The notes beneath the pieces were generated by a model. The model had not been told where the DNA came from. It did no database searches and was given only the letters and a program-made list of their open reading frames with translations. Position numbers and translations under genes: made by a program. From contig JAGOPO010000016.1 of assembly GCA_017992005.1 (NCBI GenBank), forward strand, positions 1 to 17,798: 17,798 nt of DNA, in the 5' to 3' direction. The DNA is from Minisyncoccota bacterium. GTDB lineage: Bacteria > Patescibacteriota > Minisyncoccia > 2-02-FULL-40-12 > GWA2-44-9. This document shows, piece by piece, positions 1 to 8,470 of the stretch (its first letter is position 1; each line of letters starts with the position of its first letter).

Positions 1-2
1 AT

Positions 3-1154
3 ATTCAGCGGCAGATCGAGATCACTATTGAGCGAACGCTTGCTGGGTTGGGTTTGTCATCGAGCGATTCAGCGGAAGATGTGAAGCGTGTGCTGGCGGA
101 GCGAACGACACACCTCGACGGGCACCTCTATCGAATGCTCGGAAAGCCTGACTTATCAAATCCGACCGTGGCGTGCCAGCAACTCTGTTCCGTTATTTCG
201 AAGGTGTTCACGCCGCCCAAGGGGCTTTTTATAAAACACGAGGTAGCGATGCGAATGCTAGAAAAATATCCACCTAAGAATTTATTGGATCACTTTGGCT
301 ACTCGAGTATCGGTGAGCTTTTTGAGAAGGAAGGCTTTGCTTCGGTGATGGCGTCGTTGAGATTTTCTCAAACGCAGGAGTGGATGCACCAATTCTTCGA
401 TGTTGCATATGGAGAGCTCACGGCAAGTGATTTTGAGGAGCGTGATGTTGAGCATCTGATCTTGGATGAAAAATGGGTTCATGTAGCCGAAAAATATATG
501 GCGAAGAAGTATCACAACGTATCTCACCTCAAAGAATTTGGCGTGATATTCATTGTGCCAATCGATATCACAAAACCGGGAGCAACCCTACAAGTGTTCA
601 CGCTCATTCTGCACTATCTTCATGAGGTGCCATTTTACGCTAGTCTATTCCGAAGATATCGCGACGAAAAAGATTTTGCCGCGACATTCAAAAGCTTGCT
701 TCGGGGAGATGTACCATCGGGCACTGCGCCTGACCATGGTAAGATGACGTGGCGCATTGTGCAGCGCTATCTTACCAAGGACAATCCGGATGACTTTCGA
801 CTATTCGAGCCTCATGTGAATCCGGAGGCCGATCACTGGTGGCGAGCAGAGGAAGATATCGGAAGACTCTCTCGAATCCTAGGGACGCATACAGGGGAGC
901 TTGATCTGGGCTGGTGGAGTGGCTTGGATTTTGTTGGCGCGGAAATAATGAGTGTTGCATCGGGGAGGCAAGAGCTCATTAGTTTTGATCTTATCGACCT
1001 TCTTATGACTGTCGTGCATGGGTCTAACTCACAATTTTTGTATCATCAACAGGAATCACTCTGGAACAAGATCTTTGTCGAATACATGGGACGAGAGCGC
1101 ATGCATTCACTGATCGAAGAGAATTTGGTTACTGGCTTCATAGATCTGTCATGA
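3..1154 (+). CDS. Hypothetical protein, probably 5'-partial (the frame is open to the window edge). No family recognised from the sequence.
   Basis: The frame containing the 48..1154 ORF has no stop back to nt 3, so the gene probably begins upstream of the window. The TGA stop at 1152-1154 overlaps the fba ATG (ATGA overlap). Coding-like composition and length; no recognisable motif. Confidence 0.5.
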   Translation: MQRQIEITIERTLAGLGLSSSDSAEDVKRVLAERTTHLDGHLYRMLGKPDLSNPTVACQQLCSVISKVFTPPKGLFIKHEVAMRMLEKYPPKNLLDHFGYSSIGELFEKEGFASVMASLRFSQTQEWMHQFFDVAYGELTASDFEERDVEHLILDEKWVHVAEKYMAKKYHNVSHLKEFGVIFIVPIDITKPGATLQVFTLILHYLHEVPFYASLFRRYRDEKDFAATFKSLLRGDVPSGTAPDHGKMTWRIVQRYLTKDNPDDFRLFEPHVNPEADHWWRAEEDIGRLSRILGTHTGELDLGWWSGLDFVGAEIMSVASGRQELISFDLIDLLMTVVHGSNSQFLYHQQESLWNKIFVEYMGRERMHSLIEENLVTGFIDLS

Positions 1155-2011
1155 AATCGCTTCAGGAATATTTTTTGCAAGCGAGACATGCGGGCTGGGC
1201 AATCGGCCACTTCAACTTTGCGACGGCAGATGTGTTGCGTGCGATTGTGGAAGGAGCGCAGATTGGCGGAGCGCCATGCGTGATGGTCGGTACAAGCCCG
1301 GGCGAGGCCGAATTTCTTGGCCTTGATACTGCGGTAGCCCTCGTGCGGGCCATCCGAGAAGCTTCGGGTTTCCCCGTGTTTCTGAATGCTGATCACTTTA
1401 AGTCGTTTGATGCCTGCAGGGCCGCTATTGATGCGGGGTACGATACGGTGCTGTTTGATGGCGCCTCGCTTCCCTATGACGTGAATGTGATCGAGACGCG
1501 TCGTTTGTGGCAGTATGCACAGTCAAAGCGAGGGAGCTATATGATAGAAGGCGAGCTCGGCGTAATGCGAGGTTCAAGTGAGATGCAAAAGAGCATCGCT
1601 ATTAGCTCGAGTGATTTCACAAAGCCCGAGCAAGCAGAAGATTTTGTGCGTCGCACGGGAGTAGAGCGTCTAGCTGTAGTCTTTGGAAATATTCATGGCA
1701 TTGTAACGGATCAAAAAGAATCACTTGATCTCGATCACCTCCGCACAGTGCTGAATGCAGTTCCTGATGTGGCAATTGTGTTGCACGGAGCGTCGGGCAT
1801 TGCTGACGATATGATCGCGGACGCCATAAGGACAGGAATAACCAATGTGCATTTCAATACAGAACTCCGCGTGGCTTATCAAAAGGGAATTACAGAAACG
1901 CTCGACGCTCAACCTGATCAAACAACCCCCTACAAGCTACTCGCTCGCGCCGACGAGCACGTCCGCGACCTCGTCGCGCAGAAGACGCGACTGTTTATGT
2001 CACAGAAATAG
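1151..2011 (+). CDS. fba: Class II (metal-dependent) fructose-1,6-bisphosphate aldolase, short FbaA/tagatose-bisphosphate aldolase type, about 286 aa
   Basis: The translated ORF shows class II aldolase signatures: FNADHFKSFD (the LHLDHG-type metal/substrate region), LFDGASLPY (FDGS box), and VLHGASGIADD (LHGGSG box). The N-terminus GHFNF resembles B. subtilis-type Fba. Its start overlaps the upstream stop. Confidence 0.85.
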   Translation: MKSLQEYFLQARHAGWAIGHFNFATADVLRAIVEGAQIGGAPCVMVGTSPGEAEFLGLDTAVALVRAIREASGFPVFLNADHFKSFDACRAAIDAGYDTVLFDGASLPYDVNVIETRRLWQYAQSKRGSYMIEGELGVMRGSSEMQKSIAISSSDFTKPEQAEDFVRRTGVERLAVVFGNIHGIVTDQKESLDLDHLRTVLNAVPDVAIVLHGASGIADDMIADAIRTGITNVHFNTELRVAYQKGITETLDAQPDQTTPYKLLARADEHVRDLVAQKTRLFMSQK

Positions 2012-2023
2012 AACTCGTCACGA

Positions 2024-2052
2024 TTGTGAAATAAAGTCGGTGTGGTAATAAT
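2024..2052 (+). promoter_or_regulatory. Candidate sigma70-like promoter for the giant surface-protein operon (TTGTGA, 16-17 nt spacer, TAATAAT)
   Basis: TTGTGA at 2024-2029 and TAATAA(T) at 2046-2052, in the 87-nt gap between fba and the giant gene. There is no terminator after fba, so read-through from fba is also possible. Confidence 0.25.
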
Positions 2053-2098
2053 CTATGACTAACTAATCTCAGCGATTTTGTGTGACGTCTTTTGCGTT

Positions 2099-5000
2099 AT
2101 GCTCAGTGGCTGGAAAACATACACCGTGAATACTCGCACTGTGACTGGATGGACAGCGAAAGCGTTCGTAGTATCAATGATCGCTTTGCTCGCTGGCGTC
2201 GGCAGCGCGCAGGCAACGATAACGGGATTCAGTCTTGTCTCGCCAGATGGCGCTCCCGTTGAGTGGCGTGGTACACAGAACATAACGTGGAATGCAACTA
2301 CCATTCCAGGGGGCAGTAATAACGTTTCTATTGTTCTCTCTACTGACAGCGGTGCAAACTACAATAAGCTCGTCGCATCTCCGGTTGATGCAACACTCGG
2401 AACATATTCTTGGAGTACGTCTTCAACATTGGTTGGCGCGCTTGCTGATGGCAATACCTATCGTATGCGCATTAATGATGGGGTCACTGGTCTCGATACT
2501 TCGAGCGTTGACTTTGTCGTTGACAATACATCACCGACTACTTCTATTGGTTTAGTTCCTTCTGCTCCAGATGGCCTTAATTCCTGGTACGTAACAACCC
2601 CAACCGTAACGCTGACTTGCGCTGACGGTGCTATCGGTAGTGGCTGTCTCAGCGGTGGCACTAAGTATCGTTGGAACGGGGGATCGTGGAATACATACAC
2701 GGTTCCTTTTGCTGCGCTTGAGGGATCAAACACGCTCGAATGGTATTCGGAAGATGAAGCGGTGGATGCTGTGGGAATTCATAATGTAGAAACAACGCAT
2801 TCGCAGATCATTACAGTTGATACTACACTCCCCACGGTTGCGATCACGTCAACAACTTCTGATGGGTTCTACAATGCTGGGGACTCTATCAATGCTACGC
2901 TGACCTTCAGCGAAGCAGTGAGTTCGAATGCGGGACTCTTGGTGACCTTTAATACGGGTGGCACCTGCACGGTCCCAGCTTTTTCAAATCAAACGGCAGT
3001 TTCTTGTGCTTATGCCGTAAGCGCATCCGAGAACGCAACTGACTTGGATGTGAGCTCGCTTACAGGCGCGACTGTAGAGGATGTCGCGGGTAATGACTCC
3101 ACGCTTAGCCCTACGGCCAACCTCGCAGTTACACGCGCAATCGTTGTCGACACGACATCGCCAAGCGCATTTACGACGGGTTCTGTCACGGTAACTGGTG
3201 GTACGGTAGTCCCTCTCTGGTGGAATTCTACCAATACGGGAGTTAATGTGGTTGTTCCCGTCGCTAACGACACATCTCTTCCTGGTGGTACGATCCAGCT
3301 TCGCGCAGAGGCCGATGGCGTTTTTGAGGATATTGGCTCGGCGGCTACTATCTTGGTGGGTGATCTTGGTGGGAGTCGCACTATTGCTCTTACCGATGCT
3401 CAGCTGGAAGCACTGGCAGGTTTTTCCGAAGTCGATGTCATTACCTTTACTGCAGTTATCACCGATAATGCAGGGAACGCTACTACTGGCGCTGTAAGCG
3501 CCACGACGTTTACTGTCGACCAGACAGCACCGTCGGTGAATGCGGGTACCGATAAAGAAGTAAATGCTTTGACGTTCCAGGATGCTACTGCAGGTGATCT
3601 TGGCTCAACGATTGCCACCTACGCATGGTCTCAGCAGGCGGGAGCTGGAGTCATCACGTTTGGTACGGGTTCCGCAGAAGATACGAATGTTTCGGCGAAT
3701 GCAGACAGTACCTATACACTGCGGTTGACTGTCACCGATGTGGCGGGGAATGTCGCGTTCGATGAGGCACAGTTTGCGTGGGATACCACGGCGCCAACTC
3801 TTGCTGAGGTGACGGCAGTCCCGACACCGACCAACGACACAACGCCCGACTACACGTTCAGTGTGAGTTCGATCAAGCAGCTTCCTGCGAGTGTTGGCGG
3901 AGGTATCTCCTATGGCGGTGATTGCAGCAGCGCAACTCTGAGTGCAGTTGCTGGGAACAACACGATTACCCTTGCTTCTCTTGCCAACGGAATCTACGGT
4001 GCGTGCACGATTGTCGTTACAGATGCCGCGGGAAATCCAAGCTCTGCGCTCACGCTCTCATCGTTTAAAATCGATACTGTTACTGCGCTGGTCACGAGCA
4101 TCACGACAACTGATGTGAATGCAGATGGAAAAGTCGAGACCGCAACGGTCGTATTTGATGACGAGGTCAAGGATTCCAGTTTTACTGGAGCGACCTTCAC
4201 CATTAGCGGTTCTGCGGCAACATTCTCGACGGGAACAGCAAACGACAATACGATTATTCTTACCGTTGCCGGTGGTGTAACGGGGACAGATGCTAAAGTC
4301 GTTGCGTATAGCGCTGGCTCAGCAACTGATCTCGCAGGGAATGCACTCTCGACATTCTCGCAGACTTCAACTGATGCCGCGGGTCCAGTTCTCCTTTCGG
4401 CCATTACCACATCTACCACGACAGCAACTGCGACATTCTCAGAAGATCTCAATGGTGTAACGGTGAATGGGAGTGGTAGCGAATTTTCTGTAGCTGGCAC
4501 AACTTCTTCTGCGGCGAGTGAAACGGGTGCAGGTGTTGTGACGCTTACCTATGCTCCCGCTCTGGGAACCGGTGCGGAGCCATTGGTTACATTCACGAAC
4601 TCAGGCACCTTCACTGATCTTAATGGCGTCGAAGCGCCAACGCCTGTGTCCGTTACTGCCGTCGATGGTGTAGCTCCATTATTGAGCTCGATTCATATTC
4701 AGTCTGACAACGCGAACGCACCAGCAGGAACTTTTGCAAAAACAGGGGATACGGTAACTATTACCTTTACCTCAAGCGAGACCATTGCAACGCCAACAGT
4801 GACGATTCAGGGTTTTGCCGCCACCGTCGATGCTCCATCGGGTAACAACTGGACCGTCCATCGCGTGATGTCAGTCACCGACACTGAAGGCGCCGTGGGC
4901 TTCTCGATAGCCTATGCCGATGATGCACTTCCAGTGGCGAACACGGGAATCACCGAGACAACAGTCGACGATTCTTCATCGGTGCTCATTGATCGCACTG

Positions 5001-8000
5001 CGCCGACTGTGAATGCAGGTGTTGATCGTGAAGTGAATACTGCTGTTGCGCCACAAGGAGCTGCAACGTCTGATGCTGGTTCGGGAGTGAATACCTATGC
5101 ATGGACATATGTTGGGCCTGGTACAGTTACCTATTCAAACCCAAGCGGGGTAGGCGTTGGCGTGGATACCGATATTTCAGCTGATACTGACGGTACCTAT
5201 ACGCTTACGTTGACGGTGACTGATAATGCAGGCAATAGCGCTTTTGACACGATGGTGTTCATCTGGGACACAACGCGCCCAGAGCCACTGACGTCGGCAC
5301 CTTCTAATGGCGCTACAAATTTTGCAATCGCCAATGGAACAGCGGTATTGACCTTCGATGAGCCAGTGACTTCACTGAATTCTGCGAGGATCGCATTGGT
5401 GAATGATGCTACAAATGTGTCGATGACGGCGAGTGCCTCATTGAGCGGCAGTACCTTGCGTATGGCGTACACGGGTCTTACATACGGGACAAAATATCGG
5501 ATTAATGTGAAGCCAGCAGCAGTTACTGATGTCGCCACGAATAGTTTGCTTTCAAACTTTATTTCCTACTTCACGACTCAGATCGACACCATTGCTCCTG
5601 TTGTGAACTCGTTTACTGCGGGAACCATTACTACGACGGGCGCGGTGCTTTCAGTGACGACTGATGAAAATGCTACCTGCCGCTATGGAGCTACTGACTC
5701 TGCATTTGGTGGTATGACCGCATTCACGACCACGGGCGGTACTTCACACAGCGTGTCGTTGGCCGGGCTTACCTCTTCAACGGCATACAGCTACTACGTG
5801 CGATGTCAGGATGCTTCTGCGCAGCTCAACACTATGACCGTGTCCGCGCATGTGGCATTCACTACGGCAACTCCTGATACTACTGGACCGGTTGTCTCAA
5901 GCGTGCAGGCAACGAGTATCACGGCAACAGGTGCAACGATCATTTGGACAACAAATGAGCTTGCAACATCACGCATTGAGTACGGAACCACGTCGGCCTA
6001 TGGTGCGTTTACCACAGCAGATGGCGTGGCAGATCTCACCAGTCACAGCGTAGCGCTCTCGGGTCTCATCTCGGCGACGGAGTACCACTACCGCATCCTT
6101 TCCTTAGATGTTCTGGGTAATCCAACAGTTTCGGGAGATAACACATTCACGACTCTGGTAGTCGCTGATGCAACAGCACCAGCTATTCCAGCTATCACCA
6201 CGGGCGACGCTACAATCGATGCTGATCAGTACATGATTGCCGGTACTATTGCAGATGATGGTGGTGCTCGCACTGTACTTCTCTACAACGGCGCAACCTT
6301 GGTCGGATCGGTAACGGTTCCTGCTGGGCAGACGAGCTGGTCTATCTTGACGGCACTCAATCAAGTTGCGGGAAACGTATTTACAGCAACTGCGACGGAT
6401 GTAGCTGGCAATGCAAGCGGGGCAAGCACGAGTGTCACTATTACTGAAGCAACGACCGTAGGAGATACGACAGCACCAGCTGTTCCAGTAATCACAACAG
6501 GAGTCGCGACCGTAGACGCTGACCAGTACACTCTCACTGGTACTGCCGGCGCCGACCTACCAGCCGATGGCACTCGTGTGATAACAATCACCCGAAGTGG
6601 CACCGTGGTAGGATCGCTTTCTCTCCCTGCTGGTGAAACAGACTGGTCGTTCACGAGCCCACTTCTTCAGGGATTACCAAACAGCTTTTCGGCAACATCG
6701 ACCGATGTTGCAGGCTACATCAGTGCAGCAAGTTCGACGGTTACCATCATGGAAGCAGATACTACAGCGCCAGTCATCTCTAGTATTCAGCCGGTATCGA
6801 TCGCTCAGACAACAGCGACTATTCAGTGGACGACCAATGAATCCACAACCACAACCGTTGAGTATGGCCTCACGGGATCGTACGGCAGTACCGTAACAAC
6901 AAGTGGTTCGGCGACTAGTCACGCCCAAGGCTTGACGGGACTTACCGCAGGTACTGAGTACCACTACCGCGTACGTTCAATCGATGGAGTGGGTATTGAG
7001 GCGATCTCCGATGACGCTACATTCACCACATCGGTATCGACACTCGATACGACAGCGCCTATCGTCTCCAATATTCAGGCAGGAGCAATTACAACTTCAG
7101 GTGCAACAATCACGTGGGCAACCAACGAAGCATCAGATACGCAGGTTGAGTATGGCGTGACTTCAAGCTATGGATCAACGACAACGCTGAATGCAACAGC
7201 AGTAACTTCGCATAGTCAGTCTTTGACAGGTCTTGCGACCGGTACCGAGTATCACTTCCGCGTGATTTCCAAGGATGCGACGGGTATTAGTACGACTTCA
7301 GGTGATAATACATTTACGACATCGGCCGCCGCGGCAGACGGGACAGCGCCGACGGCTCCGGTCATCACTACCACGGGTACGACGATCAACGCCAATACCT
7401 ATACCGTATCGGGTACGGTGACGGCAGAAAGTGGATCACAGACCGTGACTGTGTATAATGGCTCGACTGCGGTTGCAACTGTAGTTGTACCTATGACACA
7501 GACCAGCTGGTCGGTGGTGGTAAGTCTCACGCAGAATGAAACGAATAGCTTCACTGCAAAATCAACCGATGCGAGTGATAATATCAGCTCCGTGAGTAAC
7601 ACGGTTGCGATCATCGAAGCCGAGGGCGCGGTATCGCTCGCGGTGACATCGATCGGCGCGACCAAGACGCTCGCAACTGCCGATGATAGCTATGCAAATG
7701 GTTGGGAGTGGGAGTTTATGGTGACGGTACCAAGTACTGAGGCAAGCTTGTCGATGAAGTTTGATAACTTTGTCAGTGGCGCTAACACGCTCTTGGCGGC
7801 AGGTAACATGCGCTTCTACTCAGCACAGTCGAGTACTCCTGGCACAGCAATCAGTATCACTAGCGCACTCAACTACGCAGGTCCTATGGTATTAACGGGC
7901 GACCTCGATGCCAACACTGCTGGACGTCAAATTAAGATCGTGGTACAGACCAAGGTACCAGTGAGCACCGTTTCTGGATCGTACTCGACCAGCTACGGTA

Positions 8001-8014
8001 TCAAGAGCAACTAA
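2099..8014 (+). CDS. Giant secreted multidomain surface protein (about 1,972 aa). It has an N-terminal signal peptide, Ig-like/Big-type modules, two PKD-like modules and a tandem array of FN3-like modules. Likely an adhesin or S-layer-associated protein.
   Basis: Single uninterrupted ORF. The first ATG at 2099 gives MLSGWKTYTVNTRTVTGWTAKAFVVSMIALLAGVGSAQA|TI, a signal-peptide-like N-terminus with an AQA cleavage motif. The sequence is rich in Thr/Ser/Ala/Gly/Val and has repeated D-T-T-A-P-x-V module boundaries. Two PKD-like modules are present (YAWSQ...TYTLRLTVTDVAGN and YAWTY...TYTLTLTVTDNAGN). FN3-like modules end in GLTxGTEYHYRV. Antisense ORFs are short and fragmentary. An alternative TTG start lies at 2078. 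Confidence 0.8.
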   Translation: MLSGWKTYTVNTRTVTGWTAKAFVVSMIALLAGVGSAQATITGFSLVSPDGAPVEWRGTQNITWNATTIPGGSNNVSIVLSTDSGANYNKLVASPVDATLGTYSWSTSSTLVGALADGNTYRMRINDGVTGLDTSSVDFVVDNTSPTTSIGLVPSAPDGLNSWYVTTPTVTLTCADGAIGSGCLSGGTKYRWNGGSWNTYTVPFAALEGSNTLEWYSEDEAVDAVGIHNVETTHSQIITVDTTLPTVAITSTTSDGFYNAGDSINATLTFSEAVSSNAGLLVTFNTGGTCTVPAFSNQTAVSCAYAVSASENATDLDVSSLTGATVEDVAGNDSTLSPTANLAVTRAIVVDTTSPSAFTTGSVTVTGGTVVPLWWNSTNTGVNVVVPVANDTSLPGGTIQLRAEADGVFEDIGSAATILVGDLGGSRTIALTDAQLEALAGFSEVDVITFTAVITDNAGNATTGAVSATTFTVDQTAPSVNAGTDKEVNALTFQDATAGDLGSTIATYAWSQQAGAGVITFGTGSAEDTNVSANADSTYTLRLTVTDVAGNVAFDEAQFAWDTTAPTLAEVTAVPTPTNDTTPDYTFSVSSIKQLPASVGGGISYGGDCSSATLSAVAGNNTITLASLANGIYGACTIVVTDAAGNPSSALTLSSFKIDTVTALVTSITTTDVNADGKVETATVVFDDEVKDSSFTGATFTISGSAATFSTGTANDNTIILTVAGGVTGTDAKVVAYSAGSATDLAGNALSTFSQTSTDAAGPVLLSAITTSTTTATATFSEDLNGVTVNGSGSEFSVAGTTSSAASETGAGVVTLTYAPALGTGAEPLVTFTNSGTFTDLNGVEAPTPVSVTAVDGVAPLLSSIHIQSDNANAPAGTFAKTGDTVTITFTSSETIATPTVTIQGFAATVDAPSGNNWTVHRVMSVTDTEGAVGFSIAYADDALPVANTGITETTVDDSSSVLIDRTAPTVNAGVDREVNTAVAPQGAATSDAGSGVNTYAWTYVGPGTVTYSNPSGVGVGVDTDISADTDGTYTLTLTVTDNAGNSAFDTMVFIWDTTRPEPLTSAPSNGATNFAIANGTAVLTFDEPVTSLNSARIALVNDATNVSMTASASLSGSTLRMAYTGLTYGTKYRINVKPAAVTDVATNSLLSNFISYFTTQIDTIAPVVNSFTAGTITTTGAVLSVTTDENATCRYGATDSAFGGMTAFTTTGGTSHSVSLAGLTSSTAYSYYVRCQDASAQLNTMTVSAHVAFTTATPDTTGPVVSSVQATSITATGATIIWTTNELATSRIEYGTTSAYGAFTTADGVADLTSHSVALSGLISATEYHYRILSLDVLGNPTVSGDNTFTTLVVADATAPAIPAITTGDATIDADQYMIAGTIADDGGARTVLLYNGATLVGSVTVPAGQTSWSILTALNQVAGNVFTATATDVAGNASGASTSVTITEATTVGDTTAPAVPVITTGVATVDADQYTLTGTAGADLPADGTRVITITRSGTVVGSLSLPAGETDWSFTSPLLQGLPNSFSATSTDVAGYISAASSTVTIMEADTTAPVISSIQPVSIAQTTATIQWTTNESTTTTVEYGLTGSYGSTVTTSGSATSHAQGLTGLTAGTEYHYRVRSIDGVGIEAISDDATFTTSVSTLDTTAPIVSNIQAGAITTSGATITWATNEASDTQVEYGVTSSYGSTTTLNATAVTSHSQSLTGLATGTEYHFRVISKDATGISTTSGDNTFTTSAAAADGTAPTAPVITTTGTTINANTYTVSGTVTAESGSQTVTVYNGSTAVATVVVPMTQTSWSVVVSLTQNETNSFTAKSTDASDNISSVSNTVAIIEAEGAVSLAVTSIGATKTLATADDSYANGWEWEFMVTVPSTEASLSMKFDNFVSGANTLLAAGNMRFYSAQSSTPGTAISITSALNYAGPMVLTGDLDANTAGRQIKIVVQTKVPVSTVSGSYSTSYGIKSN
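5582..7620 (+). repeat. Intragenic tandem array of seven modules of about 95 aa (about 285 nt) in the order A-A-B-B-A-A-B. A is FN3-like (TxxxIxWTTNExxxxxxEYG...GLxxxTEYHYR). B is Ig-like (DxTAPxxPxITTGxATxDADQY...TATDVAGN).
   Basis: Direct reading of the translated giant ORF. Module boundaries are at about 5582, 5875, 6166, 6466, 6758, 7045 and 7333. Amino-acid identity between same-class modules is clear; DNA identity is lower. Confidence 0.6.
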
Positions 8015-8019
8015 AGCCC

Positions 8020-8457
8020 ATGAGATTCTACGTACCAAAAACAGTTCTCGGCTTAGCGATTATTGCCGCCTTTAGCGCATCGGCGCTAGGAGCGATTGCT
8101 TCAACCACCGAAGGCACTATCCAAACAGGAGTCATCACGGGCAACGGCGGTATTGGTGGCACCGTGGCAACCCCAGCCCCAACCCCAACACCTCCGCCAT
8201 CAGGCGGCGGTGGGGGAGGTGGCGGCGGTGGAGGCGGCGGAGGCGGGGGATCAGTTCTTACCCTAACCCCAACACCGTCGGGAACGCCGACTGGTTCGAC
8301 GGATATCAATAGCGATGGCCTGCTTGATTTACTCGACTTCAATATCCTGATTGCAAACTGGGGTTCAAGGCCAACTGATACGCGTGCTGATCTCAATCAT
8401 GACGGCGTTGTTGATATCTTTGACTTCAATCTCATGATTGCCGCTTGGACGCTCTAG
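8020..8457 (+). CDS. Small secreted dockerin-domain protein (145 aa): signal peptide, Pro/Thr plus poly-Gly linker, then one type-I-like dockerin module
   Basis: N-terminal MRFYVPKTVLGLAIIAAFSASALGA is a signal peptide. The linker is PAPTPTPPPS(G)16SVLTLTPTPSGTPTGS. Two canonical Ca-binding dockerin segments are present: DINSDGLLDLLDFNILIANWG and DLNHDGVVDIFDFNLMIAAW, each with the D1-N3-D5-D9-D12 pattern. It starts 5 nt after the giant gene stop. Confidence 0.7.
   Translation: MRFYVPKTVLGLAIIAAFSASALGAIASTTEGTIQTGVITGNGGIGGTVATPAPTPTPPPSGGGGGGGGGGGGGGGGSVLTLTPTPSGTPTGSTDINSDGLLDLLDFNILIANWGSRPTDTRADLNHDGVVDIFDFNLMIAAWTL
8203..8250 (+). repeat. Imperfect (GGN)16 tract encoding a 16-residue poly-glycine linker (its antisense reads as poly-Pro)
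   Basis: ggcggcggtgggggaggtggcggcggtggaggcggcggaggcggggga is visible in the sequence. The codons are mixed (GGC/GGT/GGG/GGA), so this is not a perfect microsatellite. Confidence 0.6.
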
Positions 8458-8470
8458 CTACTCTACGACT

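Noticed and set aside
8014-8022. Possibility that the dockerin ORF is the frameshifted C-terminus of the giant protein (a pseudogenised fusion)
   Set aside because: The dockerin ORF is in a different frame, starts with its own ATG 5 nt after a clean TAA, and encodes a bona fide signal peptide. Two separate genes is the simpler reading. An assembly indel near 8014 would be needed to fuse them.
8028-8396. Minus-strand ORF encoding a 16-residue poly-proline run
   Set aside because: It is the antisense reading of the (GGN)16 poly-Gly tract inside the dockerin-protein gene. The plus-strand product has a signal peptide and a canonical dockerin.
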